The notes under the pieces are model-generated. The model did no database searches. It was not told where the DNA came from and was given only the letters and a program-made list of their open reading frames with translations. From Parcubacteria group bacterium (GTDB lineage: Bacteria > Patescibacteriota > Minisyncoccia > Moranbacterales > UBA11712): a stretch of 64,000 nucleotides of DNA. The translations under genes and the position numbers were made by a program. Shown here in pieces: positions 1 to 10,224 of the stretch (positions are counted from its first letter, which is position 1; every line of letters begins with the position of its first letter). The stretch spans positions 70,355-134,354 of the forward strand of contig JBAZXV010000004.1 of the NCBI GenBank assembly GCA_041659685.1, in the 5' to 3' direction.

Positions 1-642
1 GATGATGAAGCGGCGAAACCGATTTTGGATCTTATTGCCGCTCTTGATGAAAAAATTCCGGATCCGGTTCGTGATGTGGATAAGCCATTTATGATGCCTA
101 TCGAAGATATTTTTTCCATTGAAGGCCGTGGAACAGTGGTGACTGGAAGAATCGAAAGAGGAGTAGTAAATATCAACGAGGAAGTTGAAATTGTTGGAAT
201 CAGACCGACAACCAAAACTATTGTCACGGGAATTGAAATGTTTAACAAGACCCTTGATAAAGGCCAGGCTGGCGACAACGCCGGAGTCCTTCTTCGCGGA
301 ACAAAAAAAGAAGATGTGGAAAGAGGACAAGTTCTCGCAAAACCCGGATCAATCACTCCTCACACCGAATTTGAAGGGGAAATTTATATTCTCACCAAAG
401 AAGAAGGCGGAAGACACACCCCGTTTTTCAAAGGATACAAGCCGCAGTTTTATATCCGAACGACCGATGTTACCGGCGACGTTACTATTCCGGAAGGAAC
501 AGAAATGGTTATGCCTGGTGACACTGTCAATCTCGGCGTAAAACTTATGGCACCTGTAGCCATGGAAGAAGGAATGAGATTTGCGATCCGTGAAGGCGGA
601 AAAACAGTCGGAGCTGGAGTCGTCACAAAAATCGTTAAGTAA
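1..642 (+). CDS. tuf: Elongation factor Tu, C-terminal part (5' truncated by window)
   Basis: Frame 1 open from base 1; [34 protein letters not shown]. Confidence 0.98.
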   Translation, partial: DDEAAKPILDLIAALDEKIPDPVRDVDKPFMMPIEDIFSIEGRGTVVTGRIERGVVNINEEVEIVGIRPTTKTIVTGIEMFNKTLDKGQAGDNAGVLLRGTKKEDVERGQVLAKPGSITPHTEFEGEIYILTKEEGGRHTPFFKGYKPQFYIRTTDVTGDVTIPEGTEMVMPGDTVNLGVKLMAPVAMEEGMRFAIREGGKTVGAGVVTKIVK

Positions 643-739
643 CATTGGACATTCAACGCGCCCGGTGCCTGGCATTCTTCACGCACTGCGCTGGATTTGG
701 ATGTTTCGAAGGTTGAATTATTTAAAAATTTTAATATTC

Positions 740-806
740 ACCCCCACACCAATCTTAGTCATTTTCAGGCGGGAAAAATCAATTTGATTAGGATTGGCGT
801 GGGGGT
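740..806. repeat. 22-bp imperfect inverted repeat upstream of rpsJ
   Basis: ACCCCCACACCAATCTTAGTCA ... TGATTAGGATTGGCGTGGGGGT; 1 mismatch, 2 G.U pairs. Confidence 0.75.
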
Positions 807-820
807 ATACCAAATTTCAG

Positions 821-1159
821 ATGGCAACAAAGAAGCAGCAACCAGAAGAAGAGGCGAAGCCCAGGATCAGGATAAAGATCAAGGCTTACGATCATAAGGT
901 TATTGATCGCAGCGCGCGCCAAATTGTGGAAACGGCAGAGCGAACGGGAGCGGAGATTTCCGGACCGGTGCCTTTGCCGACTCAGATTCGCAAATACACG
1001 GTGAACAAATCAACCTTCGTTCACAAGGACAGTCGTGACCAGTACGAGATGAGAATCCATAAAAGACTGATTGATATTTTCAGTCCCAATGCGAAAACCA
1101 TCGATAGTTTAACCAATCTTGATCTTCCTGCAGGTGTGGACATTGAAATCAAGATGTAG
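821..1159 (+). CDS. rpsJ: 30S ribosomal protein S10
   Basis: [25 protein letters not shown]; ATG at 821. Confidence 0.97.
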   Translation: MATKKQQPEEEAKPRIRIKIKAYDHKVIDRSARQIVETAERTGAEISGPVPLPTQIRKYTVNKSTFVHKDSRDQYEMRIHKRLIDIFSPNAKTIDSLTNLDLPAGVDIEIKM

Positions 1160-1250
1160 TATGCTAATTTTCGCGGATGAAAAAACGAATTAACGCGAAT
1201 AATTTTATTCAAATACATTCGCTTGAGCATTTGCGAGCATTCGCATGCAG

Positions 1251-1319
1251 AACTAGTTAAAGTCCCGCTTAGCGGGATACTAAGCTAGCCTTAAAATCCC
1301 CTTTGGGTTTTAGCTGGTT
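1251..1319 (+). promoter_or_regulatory. Putative structured leader RNA before rplC
   Basis: AACTAGTTAAA can pair with TTTAGCTGGTT (G.U), enclosing the hairpin GTCCCGC-TTA-GCGGGAT. Confidence 0.4.
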
Positions 1320-1368
1320 TGAAGCCAGTTTTTTATTTGATAATTTAAGGTGAAAAACGGAAGCGAGT

Positions 1369-1938
1369 ATGGCCAAGTTTATATTCGGAAAAAAGCTCGG
1401 AATGAGCACTATATATGATGAAAAGCAAGGGGCGCTGAATGTCACCCTGGTTCAGTGTGATCCAAATACGGTGTCTCAGGTCAGAACCGCTGAGAAAGAC
1501 GGATACGAAGCAGTTCAGGCCGGACTGCCGAATCCCAAAGCCAAGGGAAAATTTTCAAAGATAAGAGAATTTAAGAGCGAAATTAAAGACATTAAAGCCG
1601 GTGACGAGCTCAATATTGATCAGTTTGAAATCGGGAATAAAGTGAAGGTCTCCGGAATCACCAAGGCCAAGGGATTTCAGGGAGTGGTAAAGCGCCACGG
1701 TTTCAAGGGATCTCCAAAATCTCACGGTCACAAGCATGACCTTCGCGCACCAGGTTCAATTGGAGCGACTTACCCCGAGCATGTCATCAAAGGAAAAAGA
1801 ATGGCCGGACGGATGGGGGGAAAAAGAGCTTCCTCTGTTAATTTAAAAATAGTGGATATCGATAAAGATAATAATATTTTATTTCTCAAGGGAGCTGTTC
1901 CGGGAGTAAGGGGAAGAATTGTCGAGATAACGGCATAA
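1369..1938 (+). CDS. rplC: 50S ribosomal protein L3
   Basis: GKKLGMS, KDGYEAVQ, KGFQGVVKRHGF, RAPGSIG. Confidence 0.97.
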   Translation: MAKFIFGKKLGMSTIYDEKQGALNVTLVQCDPNTVSQVRTAEKDGYEAVQAGLPNPKAKGKFSKIREFKSEIKDIKAGDELNIDQFEIGNKVKVSGITKAKGFQGVVKRHGFKGSPKSHGHKHDLRAPGSIGATYPEHVIKGKRMAGRMGGKRASSVNLKIVDIDKDNNILFLKGAVPGVRGRIVEITA

Positions 1939-1957
1939 TTTTTCCGAAAACTATCTT

Positions 1958-2602
1958 ATGATCAAGTTTCCAGTATACAATCTAGAGGGCAAAAAAGTTA
2001 AGGAGATCGAACTGGCCGACTCTGTTTTTGCAGTTTCGAAAAATGACGCGCTTCTTCACCAGATATATGTTTCGCAATATGCTAATCGCCGGCAGGTTCT
2101 TGCTCACACAAAGGATCGGGCGGAAAGAGCCGGTTCGGGAAAGAAGCCCTGGAAGCAGAAGGGTACGGGACGGGCAAGAGTGGGTTCGGTTCGGACTCCT
2201 GTATGGAGAAAGGGAGGAATTGTTTTTGGTCCGAACAAAGAAAGAAATTTCAAAAAAGATGTTCCGAAAAAAATGAAAAGAAAAGCTCTCTCCGTAGTGC
2301 TGTCGGAAAAAGTAAAGGATAAGGAAATGTTTTTGTTTGAAAATTTCAAGATGAAAGAGATCAAGACGAAATTCGCGAAACAGGCGATTGACAGTTTAAA
2401 TATCAAGGGGAGCATACTTTTTGGATTCAGTAAAAGCGAAAAAGAGATGAAAAGAGCGAGTCGGAATATTGTGAAAACAAGCAATATTGACGTCGAAAAT
2501 CTGAATGTTTTTGATATATTGAATCATAAGTACCTCGTGATGAGCGAAGAGGGAGTAAAAACTTTGGAAAATAGTTTTAAGCCGGGTAAAAATAAGAATT
2601 AA
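1958..2602 (+). CDS. rplD: 50S ribosomal protein L4
   Basis: KKPWKQKGTGRARVGS, WRKGGIVFGP. Confidence 0.97.
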   Translation: MIKFPVYNLEGKKVKEIELADSVFAVSKNDALLHQIYVSQYANRRQVLAHTKDRAERAGSGKKPWKQKGTGRARVGSVRTPVWRKGGIVFGPNKERNFKKDVPKKMKRKALSVVLSEKVKDKEMFLFENFKMKEIKTKFAKQAIDSLNIKGSILFGFSKSEKEMKRASRNIVKTSNIDVENLNVFDILNHKYLVMSEEGVKTLENSFKPGKNKN

Positions 2603-2640
2603 TCCGCATTTCAAAGTGCGAATTGAAATTTCGAAAAAAA

Positions 2641-3114
2641 ATGGGAATTTTTGATAAGATAATCGGAAAAAAAGAAGAAGAGAAAGCGGTTGAAAAGCCG
2701 AAGAAGGCTGTTGCGGACAAGCCTGCGAAAGTTAAGGAAGAGAAGAAGGAAAAGCCGGTTCAGAAAAAAACGCCGGAAAAACCGAAGGCAGTCAAACCGT
2801 CAGGAAAGAAAAAAGTAAAAAAAGAGGATAACTTCGCCCACGAAATTATTTTAGAGCAAATCATTTCGGAGAAATCAACGGCGCTTGGCGTTCAGAACAA
2901 ATATGTTTTTAGGGTTAGAAAAGACGCCGGCAAGCACCAGATTAAGGAAGCGATTGAAGGATATTATGCCGTAACAGTAGTCGGGGTAAACACGATTAAA
3001 ATCAGCCCCAAAAAGAGAATTGTCGGCAGAACGATCGGATATAAGAAGGGATTCAAGAAAGCGATAATAACTCTTCAAGCGGGCGATACGATCGCGGCGG
3101 CGGAAGGGGTTTAA
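2641..3114 (+). CDS. rplW: 50S ribosomal protein L23 with Lys-rich N-terminal extension
   Basis: ISEKS..NKYVF, KKAIITL; operon position; ATG at 2641. Confidence 0.93.
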   Translation: MGIFDKIIGKKEEEKAVEKPKKAVADKPAKVKEEKKEKPVQKKTPEKPKAVKPSGKKKVKKEDNFAHEIILEQIISEKSTALGVQNKYVFRVRKDAGKHQIKEAIEGYYAVTVVGVNTIKISPKKRIVGRTIGYKKGFKKAIITLQAGDTIAAAEGV

Positions 3115-3174
3115 TAACAAATAACATAAGCGTAAGAAAATTGTCGCTCTGCGGCAACAATTATCGATAATAAT

Positions 3175-3996
3175 ATGCCAGTTAAGATATATAAAAAAAC
3201 TACTCCCGGACGCAGGCAGATGTCGGTCAATAAGCTGGAAGAAAAATTCGGAAAACCGGAGAAAAGTTTGACATATTTCATAAAGAGAGATAAAGGCCGC
3301 TCGGGCGGAAAAATTTCAGTTCGCCACAAGGGAGGCGGTCACAAGCGCCTGTATAGAGAGATTGATTTCAAGATGGATAAAATCGGCGTTCCGGCTGTTG
3401 TCGACAGAATTGAAAGGGATCCCAACCGCAGTGCCTGGATTGCGCTTATCAAATATGCCGATGGAGAGAAAAGATATATTATCGCCACCGAAGGACTGGT
3501 TGCGGGAAAAAAGATTCTGACAAGCGAAAAGGCTGATATTCAAAGAGGAAATCGGGCAATACTGAGGAATATTCCAGTTGGAACCCAAGTTTCCATGGTT
3601 GAAATGTCTCCTGGAAAAGGCGCCCAGCTTGCGAGAAGCGCGGGAACATCGGTGACAATCATGTCTCTTGAGGCAAATAAAGTTCAACTCAAGCTTTCAT
3701 CCGGTGAAATAAGATTGGCAAGCGGAAATTGTTGGGCCACAATCGGACAGGTGAGTAATTATCTCCATAATACAGTAATGATAGGGAAAGCCGGGCGGTC
3801 TCGCTGGCTTGGAATCAGGCCTACGGTTCGAGGGTCAGCCATGAATCCCGTTGATCATCCGCACGGAGGAGGAGAAGGCAGGCAGGGAATCGGTCTTAAG
3901 CATCCGAAAACTCCGTGGGGGAAGCCGGCTCTTGGCAAAAAGACCAGAAAAAAGTATAAGTATAGCAATAAGTTTATTCTCAAGAGAAGAAAGTAG
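3175..3996 (+). CDS. rplB: 50S ribosomal protein L2
   Basis: RPTVRGSAMNPVDHPHGGGEG. Confidence 0.98.
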   Translation: MPVKIYKKTTPGRRQMSVNKLEEKFGKPEKSLTYFIKRDKGRSGGKISVRHKGGGHKRLYREIDFKMDKIGVPAVVDRIERDPNRSAWIALIKYADGEKRYIIATEGLVAGKKILTSEKADIQRGNRAILRNIPVGTQVSMVEMSPGKGAQLARSAGTSVTIMSLEANKVQLKLSSGEIRLASGNCWATIGQVSNYLHNTVMIGKAGRSRWLGIRPTVRGSAMNPVDHPHGGGEGRQGIGLKHPKTPWGKPALGKKTRKKYKYSNKFILKRRK

Positions 3997-4017
3997 AATT
4001 ATTAACATATTATCTGT

Positions 4018-4353
4018 ATGGCGCGGAGTTTAAAAAAAGGTCCTTACGTGGACGAAAGGTTAATCAAAAAAATTCAGGACAAAAAGCCGGGCGACAAGTC
4101 GGTTATTAAAACTTGGTCAAGAAGCTCGACGACTACGCCTGAAATGGTTGGTTTCACCTTCGGTGTCCATAACGGCAAGGATTTTATTTCTGTTTTTATT
4201 ACCGAGGAAATGATCGGACACAAACTGGGAGAATTTTCGCCGACCCGGAAATTCGTCCGGCATGGCGGGAAGATGCAAAAGGAGCAGGAAGCGGCGGCGG
4301 TCCAAAGAGAATCTGGTGCGTCAAAAACGGCCGTTGCGGGAGGCAAAAAATAA
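4018..4353 (+). CDS. rpsS: 30S ribosomal protein S19
   Basis: [22 protein letters not shown]. Confidence 0.97.
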   Translation: MARSLKKGPYVDERLIKKIQDKKPGDKSVIKTWSRSSTTTPEMVGFTFGVHNGKDFISVFITEEMIGHKLGEFSPTRKFVRHGGKMQKEQEAAAVQRESGASKTAVAGGKK

Positions 4354-4391
4354 GGGATCGGAACTAATTTTATTTAGATAATTGACCAACA

Positions 4392-4943
4392 ATGCAAGTT
4401 TCAGCCAAGTTAAACAATTACAGAAAGTCGCCGAGAAAAGTCCGTCTTGTGGCAGGGATGCTTAAGGGGCTTTCGGTGAAAGATGCTCAGAATCAACTGA
4501 AGTTCACTATCAAGGGTTCGGCGCCGAGTTTTGAAAAATTACTGAAAAGCGCTGTTGCCAATGCCGAGAATAATTTTGGTTTGGATAAGGATAATTTATT
4601 TGTAAAGGATGTCATGGTGAACGAAGGCTCTAAGCTGAAAAGATGGCTGCCGAGAGCTCACGGACGGGCAAGTCTGATCCTGAAAAGAACAAGTTATATT
4701 GAAATTACGCTTGAGGAGATTGTTGAGGGAAAAGGGAGAAAAAAAGTAAAAAAGCAGGAAATAAAGGAAATAAAGGAAGCAACCGGCAAGCCGAAAAAAG
4801 AGAAGAAAGAGACAGAAGAGACAAAGGAAGAAAAAAAAGACATAGTAAAAGAAAGAGTTGACAAAGAATTCAGGGATGATAGAAAAAAAGCGGAAGAATC
4901 AAAGGGATTTTTAAAGAAAGTGTTTAGAAGAAAGAGTATGTAA
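4392..4943 (+). CDS. rplV: 50S ribosomal protein L22 with charged C-terminal extension
   Basis: SPRKVRLVA, SAVANAENN, PRAHGRA. Confidence 0.96.
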   Translation: MQVSAKLNNYRKSPRKVRLVAGMLKGLSVKDAQNQLKFTIKGSAPSFEKLLKSAVANAENNFGLDKDNLFVKDVMVNEGSKLKRWLPRAHGRASLILKRTSYIEITLEEIVEGKGRKKVKKQEIKEIKEATGKPKKEKKETEETKEEKKDIVKERVDKEFRDDRKKAEESKGFLKKVFRRKSM

Positions 4944-5012
4944 TTTGAAATGAGCAAAGGGCGATGAACAAAGATTGAAATATTGTTCATTGTTCATTGA
5001 TCACTGATAACA

Positions 5013-5654
5013 ATGGGACAGAAAGTAAATCCACGCGGGCTTCGAATCGGAATAACAAACACATGGAGGTCAAGGTGGTTCAGTAAAAAAGAATATGCCA
5101 AACAGCTTCGGGAAGATATCAGAATTCGCCGGATGGTCGAAGAGCGTCTTCGCAATGCGGCAGTCGGAGGAGTGGACATTGAAAGATCATCGGGTATGGT
5201 GAAGATAATCGTAAAAACGGCTCGTCCCGGAATTATTATCGGAAGAGGCGGAACCGGCATTGAAGACCTCAAAAAATCCATCAAAGACAAATTTTTCAAA
5301 AGCAAGAAAACGGAACTGAGAGTTGAGGTTGAGGAAATAAAGAATAGCGAAGAAAACGCCCAAGTGGTGGCTCGGAACGTAGCTGAACAGCTTGAAAGAA
5401 GAATTCCCTTTAGAAGAATCTTAAAGGGGATACTGGATCAGGCTATGGAAGCCCACCGGATCAAGGGAATAAAGATTGAGATATCAGGAAGGCTTGGCGG
5501 GGCGGATATGTCGAGGCGGGAATGGCTGTCCAGAGGAACGCTTCCTCTTCACACGCTGAGAGCGGACATAGATTTTGCCAAGGCGATAGCCCAGACGACT
5601 TTCGGAGTAATTGGAATTAAGGTTTGGATATATAGAGGAGAAAAATTTGAATAA
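5013..5654 (+). CDS. rpsC: 30S ribosomal protein S3
   Basis: MGQKVNP, ARPGIIIGRGG, PLHTLRADID. Confidence 0.98.
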   Translation: MGQKVNPRGLRIGITNTWRSRWFSKKEYAKQLREDIRIRRMVEERLRNAAVGGVDIERSSGMVKIIVKTARPGIIIGRGGTGIEDLKKSIKDKFFKSKKTELRVEVEEIKNSEENAQVVARNVAEQLERRIPFRRILKGILDQAMEAHRIKGIKIEISGRLGGADMSRREWLSRGTLPLHTLRADIDFAKAIAQTTFGVIGIKVWIYRGEKFE

Positions 5655-5753
5655 TGCAAATAGTCGCGAATGATAAGAACGAATGGATGCAAATGAATTA
5701 TTTGGATGCATTCGGAAAAAAATCCGCGATAATTCGCATGATATAAAGAAGTT

Positions 5754-6161
5754 ATGTTAATGCCCAAGAAAGTAAAACATAGAAAGCACCAGCGAGGCGG
5801 AAAAATACCGAATAAAGCCAAGAAAGGGACGGAAGTCAGTTTTGGAAGCATCGGTCTCAAGTCGCTGGAAGCGGGGCTTATTTCCTCAAGGCAAATTGAG
5901 GCGGCCAGACGCGCAATGACAAGATATGTGCAGAGGGGCGGAAAAATATGGATAAGAATTTTCCCCGATAAACCGATGACAAAGAAAGGAGACGAAACTC
6001 CGATGGGAAAAGGCAAGGGAAGCGTAGATCATTTTGTGGCGGTGGTAAGGCCCGGAAGAATAATTTTCGAGATGGACGGGGTTACTAATTCCATTGCCAG
6101 GCAGGCATTGAAGCTTGCGTCGGACAAGTTAAGCGTTAAAACGAGGATAGAAGAAAGATAA
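5754..6161 (+). CDS. rplP: 50S ribosomal protein L16
   Basis: [23 protein letters not shown]. Confidence 0.98.
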   Translation: MLMPKKVKHRKHQRGGKIPNKAKKGTEVSFGSIGLKSLEAGLISSRQIEAARRAMTRYVQRGGKIWIRIFPDKPMTKKGDETPMGKGKGSVDHFVAVVRPGRIIFEMDGVTNSIARQALKLASDKLSVKTRIEER

Positions 6162-6198
6162 ATTTCGGAAAAAGATTTTTACATGAATATTTCAATAT

Positions 6199-6396
6199 AT
6201 GAAAATCAAGGAAATTAAAGGAAAAAATGACAACGAACTCAGAAAAGACCTCAGCGATCTTCGCAATAAGGAGACTAAGATGAGGCTCGATATTTCAGGA
6301 AAGCAGATGAAAAACCACCGTGAAATACGGGAGATTAAAAAAGGGATTGCCCGGATCATGACGGTTTTATCGAAAAGAAAAGGACAGAATAAATAA
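6199..6396 (+). CDS. rpmC: 50S ribosomal protein L29
   Basis: IREIKKGIARIMT; operon position. Confidence 0.92.
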   Translation: MKIKEIKGKNDNELRKDLSDLRNKETKMRLDISGKQMKNHREIREIKKGIARIMTVLSKRKGQNK

Positions 6397-6411
6397 TGTA
6401 AGATCAATTTA

Positions 6412-6669
6412 ATGGAAAAGAATGACCAAAAATCCAATAAAGCCAAGAGAGTTATGACAGGAACTGTGGTAAGCGACAAGATGGAAAAAACTGCGGTAGT
6501 GGCAGTTAATATTTTCAAAACCCACCCCAAATATCTCAAGAAATACCTGGCCACGAAGAGATACAAGGCTCATGATAGTGAAAATCGTTTCAAAGTGGGG
6601 GATAAGGTCAAGATAGTGGAGACAAAACCCATGAGCAAAGGCAAAAAATGGCAAGTGATATACGAATAA
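6412..6669 (+). CDS. rpsQ: 30S ribosomal protein S17
   Basis: GTVVSDKMEKT, HPKY, KAHD, ETKPMSK. Confidence 0.97.
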   Translation: MEKNDQKSNKAKRVMTGTVVSDKMEKTAVVAVNIFKTHPKYLKKYLATKRYKAHDSENRFKVGDKVKIVETKPMSKGKKWQVIYE

Positions 6670-6685
6670 TTAGCAACAGAAAGTT

Positions 6686-7051
6686 ATGATTCAAGCTGAG
6701 ACAAAATTGAGAGTTGCGGACAATACCGGCGCAAAAATGGTTAAGTGCTTCAAGGTTCTTGGTGGAACGCGCAGGCGTTATGCCCAGATCGGGGATGTTA
6801 TTGTGGCTTCCGTAAAAGAGGCCGAACCGCGCGGAATGGTCAAGAAAAAAGCGGTTGTTAAGGCTGTGATTGTCAGGCAAAAAAAAGCTTTGCGAAGAAA
6901 AGATGGTTCTTATATTCGATTTGATGACAATGCGGTTGTGATAGTTGACGGAATGGAGCCGAAAGGAACAAGAATATTCGGGCCAATAGCGAGGGAAATA
7001 AGAGATAAAGGATATATGAAGATTATATCTCTGGCTCCGGAAGTTTGGTAA
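6686..7051 (+). CDS. rplN: 50S ribosomal protein L14
   Basis: [22 protein letters not shown]. Confidence 0.98.
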   Translation: MIQAETKLRVADNTGAKMVKCFKVLGGTRRRYAQIGDVIVASVKEAEPRGMVKKKAVVKAVIVRQKKALRRKDGSYIRFDDNAVVIVDGMEPKGTRIFGPIAREIRDKGYMKIISLAPEVW

Positions 7052-7107
7052 TCGCTTATTGATGCCGTCGGTGAATTCCGAAGGCGCGGCAAGAATAATG
7101 AAAAACT

Positions 7108-7413
7108 ATGAAAATTAGAAAAAACGACCAAGTTAAAATTTTATCGGGAAAGGACCGGGGAAAAACCGGCAAGGTGTTGCGTGTTTTTCCGGACGACGGC
7201 AGGATTATCGTTGAAGGGCTTAATCTGGTCAAAAAACATTCTCGTCCCCGAAAACAGGGAGAAAAAGGCCAGAGAGTAACCATTCCGGCTTCGATTAATG
7301 CTTCAAATCTCATGCTGGTTTGTCCGAAGTGTTCCAAATCGTCACGGGTAGGATTTAAAATAAGCGGAAAAAATAAGTTTCGCGTTTGTAAAAAATGTCA
7401 GAGCGAAATCTAA
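7108..7413 (+). CDS. rplX: 50S ribosomal protein L24 (CxxC..CxxC form)
   Basis: KOW motif SGKDRGKTGKV; CPKC and CKKC. Confidence 0.96.
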   Translation: MKIRKNDQVKILSGKDRGKTGKVLRVFPDDGRIIVEGLNLVKKHSRPRKQGEKGQRVTIPASINASNLMLVCPKCSKSSRVGFKISGKNKFRVCKKCQSEI

Positions 7414-7418
7414 TACAT

Positions 7419-7961
7419 ATGAATAATTTACTGAAAAAATATAATAAGGAAGTCGTTCCCAAGTTCAAGGAAAAATTTGAGGAAAGAAATATTTTGTCGA
7501 TCCCGCGAATTTCCAAAGTCGTCCTCAATTGCGGACTTGGAAAATATCTTAAGGAAAAAGAAGCAGTTGACGAAATTGTTCAGGGACTTCGGGATATTTC
7601 CGGACAGATGCCTGTCCTTACCAAGGCTAAGAAGTCGATTTCCGGATTCAAAATTCGCCAGGGACAGGAAGTGGGGGTTGTTGTGACTCTTCGCGGAGAA
7701 AGAATGTGGAGTTTTCTGGACAGGCTTATCAGTTCTGCCCTCCCCCGAATCAGGGACTTCCGAGGAATTGATCCGAAGAATTTCGATAAAACCGGAAATT
7801 TGAATCTGGCAGTCAAAGAACATACTGTGTTTCCGGAAATCATGGCGGAAAATGCAAAGAATATTTTCAGTTTTCAAGTTACGGTTGTTACGACGGCAAA
7901 AAAGAGAGAAGAGGGGATAGAAATAATTAAGATGTTGAGATTTCCTATTAAAAGCGAATAA
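7419..7961 (+). CDS. rplE: 50S ribosomal protein L5
   Basis: [23 protein letters not shown]. Confidence 0.97.
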   Translation: MNNLLKKYNKEVVPKFKEKFEERNILSIPRISKVVLNCGLGKYLKEKEAVDEIVQGLRDISGQMPVLTKAKKSISGFKIRQGQEVGVVVTLRGERMWSFLDRLISSALPRIRDFRGIDPKNFDKTGNLNLAVKEHTVFPEIMAENAKNIFSFQVTVVTTAKKREEGIEIIKMLRFPIKSE

Positions 7962-7972
7962 TTAAAAGAATT

Positions 7973-8158
7973 ATGGCAAAAACATCAGTTCGGGCCAGGG
8001 CTCAAAAAAAACCGAAGTTTTCCACACGTATTGTCCGGCGTTGCTGGAAATGCGGAAGAAAACGCGGATATATGCGTGATTTTGAGCTGTGCCGCATTTG
8101 TTTTCGGGAACTGGCGAGCAACGGAGAAATTCCCGGAGTAAAGAAATCAAGCTGGTAA
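7973..8158 (+). CDS. rpsZ: 30S ribosomal protein S14, zinc-binding type Z
   Basis: 61 aa; [24 protein letters not shown]. Confidence 0.96.
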   Translation: MAKTSVRARAQKKPKFSTRIVRRCWKCGRKRGYMRDFELCRICFRELASNGEIPGVKKSSW

Positions 8159-8261
8159 ATGTTATTAGAACGCGCGAATGCAGTTAGTCAGGCGCAAAAA
8201 ACATCAACGAATTTGTAAATAGCAGATTAGCATAAAATTAGTATATTATCATTACATCATT

Positions 8262-8666
8262 ATGTTGGACCCAATTAGCGATATGTTGACCAGAATAAGA
8301 AATGCCTCGAGAGCCGGCCATCCGGAAGTCTCTATGCCGTCCTCAAAATTCAAGACGGCTATTGCTGAAATACTGCTCAAGAAAAGGTTTATTGAGAAAT
8401 TTGCAGTGGAAGAAAACGAAGGGAAAAAGCAGTTGCGGATATCTTTAAGGTATATCCGTGATGAGAAGGGACGGAAGCAGTCGTTCGTTCAGGAATTAAG
8501 AAGGGTCAGCCGGGAAGGTCAAAGGATATACACGAAAAAAGGAAAAATTCAAAGTGTGAAAAACGGGTTTGGTTTTTCAATTGTTTCAACCTCTAAGGGC
8601 ATGATGACCGACAAAGAAGCCCGAAGATCAGGTGTTGGCGGAGAAGTTATTTGCGAAGTTTGGTAA
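8262..8666 (+). CDS. rpsH: 30S ribosomal protein S8
   Basis: DPISDMLTRIRNA, STSKG, GGEVIC. Confidence 0.97.
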   Translation: MLDPISDMLTRIRNASRAGHPEVSMPSSKFKTAIAEILLKKRFIEKFAVEENEGKKQLRISLRYIRDEKGRKQSFVQELRRVSREGQRIYTKKGKIQSVKNGFGFSIVSTSKGMMTDKEARRSGVGGEVICEVW

Positions 8667-8668
8667 AT

Positions 8669-8735
8669 AATCGCGTAGCACATAAAGCATAACGCATAAC
8701 AAGCCATTTTGCGTTACGAGCTATGAGTTACGATT
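8669..8735. repeat. 7-nt periodic inverted repeat (TAACGCA type)
   Basis: TAGCACA TAAAGCA TAACGCA TAAC ... GCGTTA CGAGCTA TGAGTTA CG. Confidence 0.7.
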
Positions 8736-8744
8736 TACATGAAA

Positions 8745-9290
8745 ATGTCTAGAATTGGAAAAAAATTAATAACCGTTCCGGAAGGAGTGGAAGTTAAAAT
8801 CGACAAGCGACAAATTTCCGTCAAGGGGCCGAAAGGCGCGCTCGATTTTGAATTTCACCCGGATGTGAAGGTGGAGATTGGAGAAAAAGAGATAAAGGTG
8901 GATATTCTGAAAAAAACTAAATTGGCGAGATCGCTTTGGGGTCTGACACGGATTCTCATTTCCAATATGATAGAAGGAGTGACCAAAGGATATGAAAAAA
9001 AACTGGAGCTCCAGGGAGTAGGATATCGAATGGCGGTCCAAGGAAAAAAAATGAATATGGCTCTCGGCTTTTCTCATCCCGTCGAAGTGGATATTCCGGA
9101 AGAACTTGAAGTAAAGATTGAAAAAAATATTGTGATTGTTTCTGGAATCGACAAGCAAAAAGTCGGGCAATTTGCTGCTTCAGTCAGGTCTCTCAAGAAG
9201 GTTGAACCGTATAAGGGAAAAGGGTTTCGATATGTCGGAGAGATAGTGAGAAAGAAAGCCGGAAAAAAAGCGGTGTCCGCCGAGAAATAA
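8745..9290 (+). CDS. rplF: 50S ribosomal protein L6
   Basis: MSRIGK, GVGYR, LGFSHPV, EPYKGKG. Confidence 0.98.
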   Translation: MSRIGKKLITVPEGVEVKIDKRQISVKGPKGALDFEFHPDVKVEIGEKEIKVDILKKTKLARSLWGLTRILISNMIEGVTKGYEKKLELQGVGYRMAVQGKKMNMALGFSHPVEVDIPEELEVKIEKNIVIVSGIDKQKVGQFAASVRSLKKVEPYKGKGFRYVGEIVRKKAGKKAVSAEK

Positions 9291-9306
9291 TAAATTTTTG
9301 AAAGGT

Positions 9307-9648
9307 ATGAATAAATTGCAAATGAGAAAAAAAAGGGCGAAACGTGTCAGGGCGAAAGTGAAAGGGACGACCCTCTTTCCGAGGCTTTGCGTTTTTAGGA
9401 GCAACCACTATATCTACGCTCAAATCATTGACGATGAGAAAAATGCGACTTTAGCGGCGTTTGACAGCCGGGAGTTGAAAAACTCCAAAAATGATATTGA
9501 AGCGGCTCGAAAAACAGGGGAAGAAATTGCCAAAATCGCCAAGGCGAAAAAAGTGGAGCAGGTTGTTTTCGACAGAAAAGGTTATAAATATCATGGAAAA
9601 GTGAAAGCATTGGCCGAAGGGGCAAGAAAAGAAGGGCTGAAATTTTAA
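9307..9648 (+). CDS. rplR: 50S ribosomal protein L18
   Basis: PRLCVFRSN, FDRKGYKYHGKVKALA; start uncertain. Confidence 0.96.
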   Translation: MNKLQMRKKRAKRVRAKVKGTTLFPRLCVFRSNHYIYAQIIDDEKNATLAAFDSRELKNSKNDIEAARKTGEEIAKIAKAKKVEQVVFDRKGYKYHGKVKALAEGARKEGLKF

Positions 9649-9692
9649 CAACAATTAATTTTTTTATTTTTTGATCGCTGATCATCGAAATT

Positions 9693-10190
9693 ATGGCTAA
9701 GAAAAAATTTACAAATCGGAGAGAAAAACCTGAATATGACCAAAAGCTTCTTGATCTTGCGCGTGTAACCCGCGTTGTTAAAGGCGGGCGCCGCTTTCGT
9801 TTCCGCGCTGTTTTGGTGATTGGAAACAGAAACGGAAAGGTTGGAATCGGTGTTTCAAAGGGAAACGATGTCAGCGAGGCGGTCAGAAAAGCTTATAATG
9901 CAGCGAGAAAAAAAATTGTTCAGATAAAGCGGCACAACAACACAATTGCCTGCAATGTTGAAGCCAAGAGCGGAAGCGCAAAAGTGCTTCTCAAGCCCGC
10001 TAAACCCGGGAGGGGAATTGTAGCCGGCGGCGCGGTAAGGGCAATCGTGGAACTCTCAGGCATCAGGGACATTGTTTCGAAATCGATGGGTTCTTCAAAC
10101 AAGTTAAGTGTTGCAAGAGCCACGATTGATGCGCTTGAAAGAGTGAAGTCTATAAGCGGAAGGCAACTTGCCGAGGAACAAACGAAATAA
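9693..10190 (+). CDS. rpsE: 30S ribosomal protein S5
   Basis: RVTRVVKGGRRFRF, GIVAGGAVR. Confidence 0.97.
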   Translation: MAKKKFTNRREKPEYDQKLLDLARVTRVVKGGRRFRFRAVLVIGNRNGKVGIGVSKGNDVSEAVRKAYNAARKKIVQIKRHNNTIACNVEAKSGSAKVLLKPAKPGRGIVAGGAVRAIVELSGIRDIVSKSMGSSNKLSVARATIDALERVKSISGRQLAEEQTK

Positions 10191-10224
10191 AGAGGAATTA
10201 ATCGAAGTAGAACCATAGAAATAT

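Noticed and set aside
1249-1260. AGAACTAGTTAA as another TrpR-type operator
   Set aside because: Only the AACTAGTT core matches; better explained as one arm of an RNA stem.
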